From Saprolegnia diclina VS20 (Eukaryota): DNA of 33,127 nt. The notes beneath the pieces were generated by a model. The model made no database searches and was not told where the DNA came from. It was given only the letters and a program-made list of their open reading frames with translations. The DNA lies in assembly GCF_000281045.1 (NCBI RefSeq), contig NW_008246069.1, forward strand, positions 399,955 to 433,081. The letters are read 5' to 3'. Positions 11,475-22,715 of this stretch are shown here, in pieces (the first letter of the stretch is position 1; each line of letters opens with the position of its first letter). The translations under genes and the position numbers were made by a program.

Positions 11475-13842
11475 ATGGCAGCCAGCACAGAAGATGGGTT
11501 GCCGTTCGACGATAGCGGCATCTACGATGACGTGTGCATGCTCAGCGAGTACCCGGAAGACCACAAGAAGAGCGCGGTCGCCATTGATGTGCGCGCCGAC
11601 TCGCGCGCCCGCGGCGAGTCGGTGCTCCTCAACGACCCGCTCGTCTCGGACGAAGACGCGAACGAGCTCATCCTGGAAGCCAACCGCGTGCCGGACGAGT
11701 CAAACCTCTCCTTTGACGGTAACTCGTGGCCACTGCCGAGTTGCAGAACTCATCGTTTTGTGTAGAGATCATGAGGAACATCAAGGAGCGCCGGTACTAC
11801 CAAGAGCAGTTTGCCAACATCCAAGGCCAAGCTGGCATGAACCCGCGCACGCTCAAGTTCCTTCCGGCCTACGAAGCCGCGTACGCCGCCTACATTCAGC
11901 GCGACTCGCTGCATCGAACGCGCTTTTGCTTCTTCATGGGCGCCGCCGCCCTCAGCTTTTACCTCTGGTACGCATATCCTTCCACAGACGACGAAACCAA
12001 GGACGGGACGTAGGTACGATGCGCAGCAGCCGTCGTACCAAGCGACCGCCAATATGCATTTCTGGACCTTCGAGTCGGGCAACGTCACCCGAAAGGACAT
12101 GCTGGACGTGCTGAGCATCCTCGGGCCCGCGGCCTTCCTCTTTGGGATTTGTCTGACGATCGTGCCATGCTTTGTCTCGCGCTTCCGCCTCGAGCGACTC
12201 ACGTTTGCAATCTTTGGCACGGTGGCGCTCACGCTCATTCTGCGCAAGCCCGTCGGCCGCTACAAGGGCCCGGTCCTTCCGCTCGTGATATTGATGATCC
12301 CGATCTTTGGCATGACCCGCATGCGCTTCCGCCTCAGCTGCGTCCTTGGGTGGAGCATCTTCCTCACCTACTTTACGATTCAAACCATCGCGCGCGCGCA
12401 GCTCGACGAAGCGACGGCCAAGAAGTGGGATTCGCAGTCGGACATTATCTACCAAACCATCAACTACGGCATTAGTGTCATTGGCGGCATGGTGTCCCAC
12501 TACCGCCAGGTACCTTCTTTGATCGTAGTCCCGTCTAACGGAACATACTTAGGAGCTGCTGCGACGCCGCAACTTTGCGCTCAAATTGCCGTTCACAGGC
12601 CTCACGGACGACGACCTCGAGCCAATGCAGATGGACAAGTTCCGGAAGCGGTCGCTCATGCGCCGGACGACGCTGAGCTTCAAGAACGACCAAGTCGAAG
12701 ACCTTTTCTACCGACATTGGTACCTCATTGACCCGTTCCCGTTCGAGAACCCGAACGCAGCGTCGCTCCACCTCGGCGTCTTTCGCGTGCTGCGCTTTGC
12801 AGTCATGGGTCTCGTCATCGACCAAGTCATTCTTGGTGTCCAGGATTACAAGCTCCTATGGCTGCCCGGGCATCCGGTCAAGCCCAAGAGCCTCTTCTCT
12901 ACTGCCGAGTCGGAGTATGCGTACTTTGGCGCGTGCATTGCGCGCTACGGCGTCATCGTGCCATGCTACCTCTCGATGGTGCTCTTCATGCACTGGCTCG
13001 GCACTGCGTTTTACGCCCAATGGCTCCAAAAGCACGACGACAACCACAGCGAAGCGACGCACAACGCCGACGACACGGGCCCGCGGTCGCCGGTCGCCAA
13101 ACTGAGCACGCTCGAGCAAGTGGCCAACGTCGCGTTGAACGTCTCGCGCTGGAAGGCGTGGCGCGACGAGAAGCTCACGGGCATGCTCGCGGCCAAAGGC
13201 GGCTACGTCAAGTACGCGCAGTGGTACTCGGCGGTCGTCATCTTCCTCCACGTGAGCTGCATGGCGTCGCTCCTCATTTGGCTCACGCGCAACACGCATG
13301 CGCCACAGAACGTGTATTTCATGGGCTTTCTCAACTCGCTTTTGTTTCCGCACCGGTCGGGCTTCCGCATTCGCTTCGTGTACGCATCGTCGACGACGTT
13401 GGTGCTCGCCGTCACGTTCATTGCAGTCTTTGCGGTCGTGCTCGCGCCGGCCGACGCCGACCACGCGCTGCACGTGCTCTGGGTGCAGTACACGACGTAC
13501 ATTGTCGTCGTCGTCATCCTCGGCATGTTCATCTCGCACGAAGAAGAGAGTCTTCGACGCACGTTCTTCATCCTCAAGTCGATGCGCACGCTCGAATTCA
13601 AAAGCTGGTTCCACACGGTCTTGCGCGTCCAAGGCTGGGTGCGCGCCAAGCTCAAGCGCAAGCTCCACGAGATCCGCGCGCGCCGAAGCGACCTCGACGA
13701 AGCGCTCTTGGCACCATCGGCGCCTATCGTCTCGAACGCCGCGCCCTACATGGCCCAAGCGTCCAAGTTTGGCGTGATGAGCCAGGGCTTCAACCTCACC
13801 GCCGTCCTCGTCGACGTCATCACGTCGAGCTTGCAAAGCTAG
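11475..13842 (+). CDS. Multi-pass membrane protein (~743 aa) with two cassettes resembling adenylyl cyclase membrane domains; no cyclase domain
   Basis: Exons 11475-11718, 11766-11967, 12014-12509 and 12553-13842 total 2232 nt in frame. About 11-12 hydrophobic segments in two halves with parallel motifs: TLKF..YEAAY / TLSF..VEDLF; RMRF / RIRF; HYRQELLRRRNF / HEEESLRRTFF. Confidence 0.8.
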
Positions 13843-14195
13843 ATGGACTATTTACTACGTACGATGATTTAATACAACGCCTTTGGCACGTAAGTCAAGG
13901 CTCTTGCAGCGCCGGTCAGGAAGCACTCAAGTACGCTGCATCGTCCGCATCGTCGAGTCGATTGCCAAGAGAGACTCTCGTGGCAGCTACGACAGACAAT
14001 GGATCTTTGCTTCTCGGCGGAGCGACGACGTTGGACGGATCAGCCATGCGAACGGCATGGCGGGTTGAAGAGGCGAAATGACTGCGTGCTTTTAGTCTAG
14101 CCTGTCGTCGATTAGCCGCGCAAACGCCACTTTCTATTTGCCCCTGCTGGGAGCACGGTACATTCACCCCAGGCTGGATGGTCCACATCACCCTG

Positions 14196-14256
14196 CCTGG
14201 CAAACTGCAACGAGCAACCTGGCAAACTGCAACGAGCAACCTGGCAAACTGCAACG
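14196..14256 (+). repeat. 22-bp tandem repeat, 2.8 copies (CCTGGCAAACTGCAACGAGCAA)
   Basis: Identical units at 14196 and 14218, and a partial unit at 14240. Confidence 0.95.
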
Positions 14257-14441
14257 CGATTCGGTACTGTGGCAAGGACAAGGGATGTAGAGGTATCTGC
14301 GCATCAATTTGCACATCATGGGACGCCATCATGGTCTAATTTGAGCGCCGGCGCCTATAGATAGAGGTACGAGAATAGCGCAGTCGAGGTGCCAGCGTCC
14401 TTGAAGCAGTACCGAAATCACCAGCCACTACACACAGCAGG

Positions 14442-14654
14442 ATGCAGATTGTCCTTCCGCGCTCGCTCCGCCTCATGATGGTGCTCGCCATCGCCACGTC
14501 CCTCGTGGTCGCGCCTGTCGATGCCAAGCTCCAGCGCGGGCCCGGCGCCGCGACGGCCGAAGAGATTCGCTCGATCAGCCAGCGCCGCATGCAAGAGCGC
14601 GAGCGCCTCCGCAACGCCCAGGAAGGCGAGTTCTGGGCCCGTCGCGGTCTGTAG
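14442..14654 (+). CDS. Small secreted protein (70 aa)
   Basis: Signal-peptide-like LRLMMVLAIATSLVVAPVDA|K followed by a charged helical mature region. GC3-rich codons as in neighbouring genes; no intron. Confidence 0.7.
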   Translation: MQIVLPRSLRLMMVLAIATSLVVAPVDAKLQRGPGAATAEEIRSISQRRMQERERLRNAQEGEFWARRGL

Positions 14655-14746
14655 TCAAAGCATTTTACGACGTCATCACCTCTATAATGGAACCCTTGTA
14701 TTGTCACACGGCAAAGGACGCTTCTTCCTTCTAACTATACACCACC

Positions 14747-15115
14747 TTACGCGTCGGTCGAGGCCGGGACCGCCACTCGCCGCTGGCGCTCGCGGTTCTG
14801 GTTGATCGACACCTCTTGGCGCTTCAGCGGCGTGTTCCACCAGAAGCGCACGTAGCCGTCGCGCGTCGCGAACAAGGTGTGATCCTTGCCCATGCCGACG
14901 CCGGTCGACGGGTGGTACTTGGTCCCGCGCTGGCGGATGATGATGTTGCCCGCGATGACGGCTTCGCCGCCAAACTTCTTGACGCCGAGACGCTTGGACA
15001 TCGAGTCGCGGCCGTTCTTGGTCGAACCGCCCGACTTCTTGCTGGCATGGCGCACGAGGCCGAGCGCCGGCGACGGCAGGCCGAGGTTGAAGCAGCGGAG
15101 GAACGCCAACGACAT
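14747..15115 (-). CDS. MRPL27: Mitochondrial ribosomal protein bL27m
   Basis: [67 protein letters not shown], preceded by a presequence-like N-terminus. Confidence 0.95.
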   Translation of the reverse strand: MSLAFLRCFNLGLPSPALGLVRHASKKSGGSTKNGRDSMSKRLGVKKFGGEAVIAGNIIIRQRGTKYHPSTGVGMGKDHTLFATRDGYVRFWWNTPLKRQEVSINQNRERQRRVAVPASTDA

Positions 15116-15653
15116 GCTCTTCAGACGGATCTCGAATGGACCACCAACCATAAAATCCCAAGCCGCTTCTAACGAATCTCGATACAAGCACTGCAGCGTC
15201 CGGATACGAGAGGTTATAACACTCGGCAAACATCGTCAGGGTCGCTCCGTGTGTGTCTCGACGTATAAAGACACGGCCACGATGGACAGTCGTGTTGAAC
15301 GCTCTTACATTACGTGTCTGTCTACACTAGCTAACGCAGCGTCGATGCTGCAGCCTTTGGGTCTACCGAGGCTACTTCGTGGCCCGTGAAGCCGCAATTA
15401 TGTGCTGGCCCACTCTTGAGGCAACCCACAAAACCAGAAAGGAGGACGCATCGGGCCCCTCCTATCAATGGGCAGCAGGACGTTTGGTGTTCGGCTACAG
15501 TACAGCAGGGGCTTTGGCCGCTGTCGACGAGGTTCTTGGCGCTTCCGCGATGGGCATCAAGAAGATTACGATACAAATCTAACAGTGTTATAACAGTTGC
15601 CGCCTGGGATGCAATAAAAACGCTCCAGACAATCGAAAGCCATCGTCCGCAGC

Positions 15654-17454
15654 ATGTTTCGCGTCGCGTCCTTGTCGATGGCCCGCGGCTCCGTTCTCCG
15701 CGCCAAGCAAGGCTGCCGCCTCCAGAGCACGTCGTCCGCGCCCGCGCCCAAGGCCTCCTTCGGGAAGCTCGTCGGCCGCGTCGGCGGCGCCGGTGCGCCA
15801 GCCCTTGCGTTCTTCGCCGCCGCTCAACTGCTGAGCTTTCTGTAGGTGTGCTGCTCGTGGCTGGCATGCAGCTCTACCAGCTCAACAACCCGACCGAAAA
15901 CGAGGTCCTTTTCAACCCGGCGACGGTCTTTGCGCGCCTGCCCGGCGCCAAGACGCCGCTCGAGGAAACCATGGCCAGCGAGTTGCAGGTACACAGTATC
16001 CCCGGCATCTTGCAGCGGGACGACAGAGAGACGTGTCTAGTACATGGGCCTGAGCATGATTCCGTACCGTGGCATCTCGCGCCTCTGGGGCTTTGTCAAC
16101 GACATTGAGCTGTGCGACTCTTCCATCCACCGATGCCAGCGTCTGACGACCAATCTGCGTGTAGGCCCATGTGGGCCCGCGAGCCCGTGTACAAGGCGTG
16201 GACGTACGCGTTCGACTGCCAGCTCCACGAAATGAAGTACCCGCTCAAGGAGTACCGCAACCTCTGCGAGTTCTTCTCGCGTCCGCTCAAGGTCCACTCC
16301 TTCTTCCTCGTCATGAGCGCACTCTCAACGGCCTGCGTGTAGGAGGGCGCCCGCGTCATTGACCGCGATCCGCGCGTCATGTCGAGCCCAGTTGACGGCC
16401 GCATGGCCACGATCGGCGTCGTCGACGGCACCAGCGGCATCCCCGTCCTCGAGCAAATCAAGGGCGCGCGGTACCGCATGGACGAGTTCCTCGGGTCGAT
16501 TCCCGATTTCTTCACCAACCCGACGCCGGGCAAGCGGTACAAAGCACGCGTTCGACTTGATAGGTTGATACATTTGGGTGCCATAGCTTGTACCACTGTG
16601 TGATCTACTTGGCGCCGGGCGACTACCACCGCATCCACTCGCCCATTGACTGGAGCGTCGAGGAGCGCCGTCATTTCCCCGGCAACCTCTTCCCCGTCAA
16701 CAAGCTCGCCGTCAACTTTGTCCCAAGCCTCTTTACGGCCAACGAGCGCATCGTCCGTGGCGTCCTCTTCGTCTCCAGGACTCACGCCGGCGTAGGCGCT
16801 TCTGGGCCAGTGGAAGCACGGGTTTTACTCGCTCACGGCCGTCGGCGCCACCAACGTTGGCTCGATTGGCATCGACCTGGAGCCCGTACGTTTGAGCTGC
16901 AATGCTTCGTAACTCAAGTACGTAGGACCTTGTGACGAACCTCGGGAGCCAGGACCGCCTTGGCGGCTCGTGCTTGTCCAAGGTGTATGATGCGCAGCAT
17001 CTCGTGTCGCGCGGCGACCAAGTGGCGCAGTTCAAGGTACGTGGACGGAAGCCCTGCCCACGACTGAACAGGGGTTGTAGCTGGGCTCGACCGTCGTGTT
17101 GGTGTTTGAGGCCCCGGAAGACTTTGAGTTTACTGTGCAGCCGGGCGAGAAGGTCTACGCGAACTTTCAAACGCTCGCGCATCTCAATCTCAACTTTAGA
17201 TTCGTTTTGGCCAGCCGATGGGCCACTTTACAGCGCCCGACACCGAAGAGCCGTCGACGTTCCCGAGCACGGCCGAGTTGATCAAGCACGCGCCGCCGTC
17301 GCGGTCGTACTTTGGCGAAGTGTCGCACCTGCTTGGCAAGGTCTTTGGCTCGGCGCTGCAGGAGACGACCGAGAAGGCGTTGTCGCCCGACGCGTCGCTC
17401 GCCAAGAGCCGCGAGTCCCTCGGCCCTGCGTACACCAACAAGGAAATCGAGTAG
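15654..17454 (+). CDS. PSD1: Phosphatidylserine decarboxylase proenzyme, mitochondrial type (multi-exon)
   Basis: [67 protein letters not shown] (autocleavage LGST at 17081). Arg/Ser-rich presequence followed by a hydrophobic stretch. Confidence 0.93.
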
Positions 17455-17809
17455 AGGACAATACTGGTAGTAATGAATAGCAACCCTAACCGTTGGACGA
17501 AATCGTGGCGCTTTTGTGTGCACCGCCATGGGTCGAACCCTGCGTCTTCGAGTCTTTGACGTGGTGGCGGCTCGTCGTATCGATCCAACGACCTCCCATA
17601 GTACCTCCTGCACCAAGGCGGTGCTGCTACTCAGCTTTGCGTTCATCAAGATGGTGCTGACGACGTCCTTTGGACCAAAGATAGACAATGAGGTAGGACA
17701 ACTACCACCTATATGTCCTGTCCATACTACTGGGACCTCCGACAGCGGCGGGTGATTATTACACAACTCTCTACTGCCCTCGGCTTAGCTCAATCTACAG
17801 CGATACGCA

Positions 17810-18533
17810 TTAGACAGCGGCGGGGTGGACGCGGCTGTAGTTGGCGTCAAAGACGCTCAGCCGTAGGTTGCCTTGGGTCCGTCCTGATATCCAATGAAGC
17901 ACCGTGCCCACATTCTCGCCCGTGAGCGCACTCAGGCGCACAATCTCAATGTTGGCCAAGCTCGAGAGCTGGTCCAAGCTAAGGAGAGACCTCAGGAGCG
18001 ACGTGGGCAGCGAGAGCGGGGAGTCGATCTTGTTGAGGACGATGCAGCCAGGCTTTAACGCCATCGTCTCGTTGTGGAGGATGTTGAAGAGCTCCATGGT
18101 GGCGCTCGCGAGCTGCGGCGCGTTCGAGACGTCAATGACAAACTACAAAGTGCAATGACAGGTTGCGGGACGTTTGCATCGTAGCCGTACGAGGTACTGA
18201 TCGCACTGGGCGTAGTACGCTTGCCACATGGAGAGCATCGGTGCACCGACCTCCTTGATCGTAAATGGGGCGCCACTGTGCGACAACGTCTCTTCCTCAA
18301 TGCCTAGTCGACCTGCTATACCCCGAAATTGGCGTGTACGATGACGGACCTGTCGTCGGCGTTGTGATGTGGAAGGTCGAATGGGGCGTCGCCGCCGCCT
18401 TGTCGTCGCGCCGCAATAACAGCCGCGTCAGGCCCGAGTACTTTGGCTTCTCGTCCACGCACATGTGGCGTAGGCGGCGCAGCAGCACCGTCTTCCCCGC
18501 ACCGTCCATACCCAGCAGCAAGACGTTCTTCAT
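17810..18533 (-). CDS. ARL16: ADP-ribosylation factor-like GTPase, ARL16-like (3 exons)
   Basis: G1 GMDGAGKT, TTPTTG, atypical G3 IKEVGAPMLSMWQAYY (ARL16-type RELGG.M..IW..YY), FVIDVSNAPQLASA, NKID, SALTGE. Confidence 0.82.
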
Positions 18534-19254
18534 GCTCAACCGTTTCCGCCTGTAACGAGAGGCGCTTCGTCACTCGAGCCCAAACGACGTTTGCAGGTAG
18601 TCAACCAAAGGATGGGGCAGGAAATGGAGAGACCGGATCAAACCTCACGTTTTACCGCAGACTTCTGCACTGTGTCTAGAGAGTGTTCTGAACGACAGCA
18701 AGGGAATTCCAACGCAGGGTGTTGAACTCGACTGGGTAGTCCGTCTTGTTCAGGGTAGTACTTGAGGCTATTGACGACGATGTAGAATAAGGGTGAAGCG
18801 ATGAGCTTTGCACGCCTGGGTAAACACCTTGCCGAACACCGATACCCGATTCTCTCAACGTCTCTGCGACGATCTTGACGTGACATCAGGCACCGACAAG
18901 GCGCGACGGTCGACTGCACCGCCCACCATTGTCCTCTCGCCGCATTTGGTGCCAAGATATGGCGTTCAACAGCAACAACACCTGCGTCGAGTTGGCTGCC
19001 TGGCTAGCGATCGACGTGTTGATGCGTCGTTCGAAGGGATCGCCGCCTCTGAGAGCGCTATGGCCTCTATACGCCCATCGTCTTCTTAATGCAAAGGTCC
19101 TTCAAGCGTTCTAGCTCGTGTAGCATCAGCCGGCGACCGCCATATCGCGCTGCTCAGGCTTGTTCCCGCCACGCCTCCGGATACACGTCAGCATATACGG
19201 ATAGGTAGATCGTCCGGATAGTGGTGGCACGGTATCCGGTGTGTCATTTTCGAA

Positions 19255-19560
19255 ATGAGCGTCTTCGCCTCCGCCCTCAAGTCGGCGCTCGAGCCCGGGA
19301 CCGGCAACAAGTTTGTGCTGGCGCTGAATGGCGTCCTGCTCGCGCTCCTCGGCGTTATCGGGATGACCATCTGGTCGGGCATGGAGGATTCGTTCCACAT
19401 GTACATCTTCCTCTTCCTCGCGATCGGCCTCACAGTCTCGATCAACTGGTTCATCCTCGAGGCCCGTGCGCTCCAAGCCGACGGCAAGCTCGACCTCAGC
19501 AGCCTCGACAATAATACCGCCACTAGCACGAAGAAGAAGCCGCTCGCCAAGACCGATTAG
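19255..19560 (+). CDS. Pkr1-like small two-TM ER protein (V-ATPase assembly factor family)
   Basis: SALEPGT...two hydrophobic helices...H...GLTVSINWF and a Lys-rich C-tail, resembling the Pkr1 pattern S-x-x-x-PG...H...SINWF. TCATTTT at 19244-19250. Confidence 0.7.
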   Translation: MSVFASALKSALEPGTGNKFVLALNGVLLALLGVIGMTIWSGMEDSFHMYIFLFLAIGLTVSINWFILEARALQADGKLDLSSLDNNTATSTKKKPLAKTD

Positions 19561-19611
19561 AAGACGACAATGAAATCGATAGAAATTGCAACGACTCTGC
19601 TAGTGTATCTA

Positions 19612-22600
19612 CTACAACTCGCGGTCGCCCTGCGTTGGTGACCGCACCCGTGGCATGGACCGAGGGCTCAGCTCGTGCTCCTCGAATGCTTGATGCATCG
19701 TGTCGATGTGCAGCGTCATGGGCTCGGCCTCGTCAAACTCGTCGGGCAAGTCGTCGTCAAACTCGTCGAGTGGCTCGGGCTCGTGCGACGCGACCATCTC
19801 GTATGCTTCGGACGCCTTGCGCTTGCCGTGCTCGATCGCCTTAAAGTGGCGCAGGCCCATGAGACCCGTGACCATACCAAGCAGCACGATGAGCGAGACG
19901 AGCAAGAGCGACTTGTTCTCCATGAGCGGCTCGGCGTGCGGCGCCCACGTTACGGCCGACGCCAGGTCCTTGGCCAACGTCACATTGCCGCTGTACAGCG
20001 CCTTGTTGGTGACGCCGCTCAGCGTCGGCAGCTCGAGGATCTCAATCACGTCTTCGAGGCCGTCGCATGTGACGGCGGCCGAGGCATTGGGTGACCCAAA
20101 CGTCGCGCACGTCCCGCAGCGCGGCAGCGAGAGCGGTTCCCAGAGCGCAAATTCATCCGACTTTTTACCGAGCGCTATCGTACACAGCACGTTAGCGACA
20201 GCCTGCAACTGTATCCATGGTACATACAGACGCGGTAGAGGTGGCAGGCGTCGGCGTCGCGAAGCAGCACGTACACGGCAGTGGGCTCGGTTTTTGCCGC
20301 CTTTGGAATGTCGATGGTCATGGTCTGGACGTGGTTCTCGGGTTTGGCGAGCCCCGGGAGCGCCAGGGCGGTCGGTGCACTGGCCGTCGAGCCGTTGAGA
20401 TGGACCGAGCCAAGAAGCTCGGTCGACGCGGTTGTCGCAAGCCCGACGTTCTGAAGCTAACGGCAATGCTGAGATGAGGTCGCCGGTGACGCGGCGTACC
20501 TCGAGCGACAAGGTGACGTAGTCGTCGTCATTTTCCCAGCCCTAGCCCCAAGCGAATGAGCCGCCAATAAGCTTGGCGACGTACGAGAAGGCGGAGCGTG
20601 TAGATAGGACCGGCGATTCGCGCCGCGTGAAAGTTGGTATACAGTAGCTCTTCGCAGATCTCGTGCACAATCGACGCTTTCGTTGGCCAAAAGCCATCGA
20701 CGTCGCCAAAGTCAAACGCCGGGCCGGTCTCGGGCGACATGGCGAAGATTCCGTGCGCGTTCCACATCCAGTCGCTCGTTTCGCCGTTGACCGAGTAGAG
20801 ATCGCTCTAGTAGGTTATAGACATTAGCGTCCATGAAAACGATGTACAAGTACCGTCTGCCACGACTGACCAAATTGAAAGTGGTTGTACTTGGTCATCT
20901 CGGACGCAATGGACGTGAAAATGGCCATGTCGGCGGCGGCCGGCGCGCCTTTGGGCTGACACGCAAACGGAATGTTGACGTACTTGCCAAATGCGTGGTA
21001 GTTGAGGGCCGTCGCCACCGAGTGGTTGGCGACAAAGTCTCGAATCGCTTGCGTCTCGGGCTCGGAAAACGCCATTTCTCCGCGGTAGTCCTATGTATCA
21101 ATCTATCAGTCGCCACGCAATGGACTACGATACACATACCTCGGCACACGCATCGGTGCTACTGCCCACCGTATCTTGGTCGAAGCACACGTCGTAGTTG
21201 CGATTCAAGTCGACGCCAGCGTCAACGTTGGTCCGACACGCGGCCGGTCGCCGGTTCTTGCGCTGCCCCGAGTAGCCCGCGCTCTCGCTATGCAGCGTTT
21301 CGAGGTGCTTTTCGTTGTAGACGTAGCCGTCGGGATTAACGACAAAGAGAAACCAGAGCTGGCGCGTGAGTAACAGGTGCAGTACGTTCGGATCCCGCTG
21401 GTGAAAGCCGAGAAGGAGGTACTCGACAAAGTACACAAGGTTCTACCCGTGCAATGAGGACATACCTACGTCGCCCGGGCAATCGTACCATCATGGACAT
21501 GGGCTAGCGACAGTATGAGTTGGAGATGACTAGATGTCTCTTACCTCGCGCGCGTGGTGCAAGCCCGTGTAGAGTGTCTGGGGCGGCGCCTTGCCTTTTG
21601 GGTGGCACTGGCCGAGGCAAAGCGCCCGCAACGGCCGTGCTTCGAGCGATGTGCCAATGTCGACTTGCTGGAGGAGGTACGGGAACGACCGCAGCCGCGT
21701 CGGAACGGCCTCGACGTACTCGAGCACCTCGGAAAAGGTGAGCGCGCCCCGCAGCGAGCCTTGGGGCACCGTCGCTACGTGCGCATGAGCCAAGCGAACG
21801 AAGATAGAGACTGTACGTAGAATGGCCCGCGTAATGTAGTTGCTGCAGTCGCTTGGGTTGGTTGTCGACGGAGTGCGCGCCGGCGACGTCTGCTTGTAGA
21901 GGCCAATGTCGGACACGACCATCGACGCATCGATCGTCACATTGCTGTGCGAGGTCGCATTCGTGTCGTAGGCGAGCTCGACCTGCACCGTATACGTGTA
22001 ACCCGCCGTCATGGCGAAGAACGACGTTCGATGCTGCTCGAGGTAGAAGACGTCGTCGACGAACCAGCGGAACCAGCCGTCGTCCCACGTGACCTGGAAC
22101 GCATGCGAGTCCAGTGTCAAGTCCTAGCAGAACTGAGGATGAGCCATTGCATGTCTTCTACCAAGCGCGTACGTCAATGCATGGAAAGGCCTTCATGTGC
22201 AAGGTGTTGGACGACGTTGCGTGCGGCCAGCGGATCTGGAGCCCATCCGGTTGCTCGCCAACGCCGCTGAGTACGACGACCTCACGGTGAATGCCGTCCT
22301 TGGACTTGACAAGCTTGACCGTTGGCCGCAGACCGAGGCCCTAGAGGCCACGATGCCATCGTGATGTCTTGATTGAGAAGCGCACCTTGGCCAGCGTCGC
22401 CTGCACGACGAGCTTGCCGCTCATCGGAATGTTATCGCGGGGCACGGGATAGGTGGCCCAGCCCGAGGCAACGGCGCCATCCATCGTGGTCGCCGAGAGC
22501 GTGAGCGCGTCCGGCGTGGCCGAGACATGAGCCGTCGCTGCGTCGGACGTCTCGAACGCGTCGAGCTTGGCCGTCCATGCGCGCTTCCAGGCGCAGTCGC

Positions 22601-22715
22601 CCGTGCCCGGCGTGCCCGAGACAGCGGTCTTGGTCGAGTTCGCAGTCTCGCGCAGCGGTCGGCCGCGGGCCAGCGCCAGTGCGCCGAGGAGCCATGCCAG
22701 CCGCCGCATCGTCAT
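19612..22715 (-). CDS. Type I membrane zinc carboxypeptidase (M14, CPT-like) with N-terminal GH16-like domain
   Basis: Signal peptide; GH16-like GKLVVQATLAKGLGLRP...H.F.VTW...FRWFVDD; M14 motifs GLHHARE, VNPDG, RKNRR, GVDLNRNY, YRG..AFSEPET, ALNYHAFG, VNGETSDW, AMSPETG; C-terminal TM LLLVSLIVLLGMVTGLMGL and an acidic tail. Confidence 0.88.

Noticed and set aside
12856..14081. Long ORFs of 326 aa (-) and 407 aa (+) overlapping the membrane protein
   Set aside because: Shadow frames of a GC3-rich coding exon; Arg/His-rich with no motifs.
14196..14256. Repeat considered as CRISPR-like
   Set aside because: Units are contiguous with no spacers, and the context is eukaryotic.
15116..15229. N-terminal extension of the L27 ORF in the ORF track
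   Set aside because: Non-ATG start; ATG 15115 gives a typical presequence.
18190..18300. ARL GTPase lacking the DxxG(Q) switch motif, considered as a pseudogene or novelty
   Set aside because: An E-for-D G3 variant is characteristic of the ARL16 subfamily.
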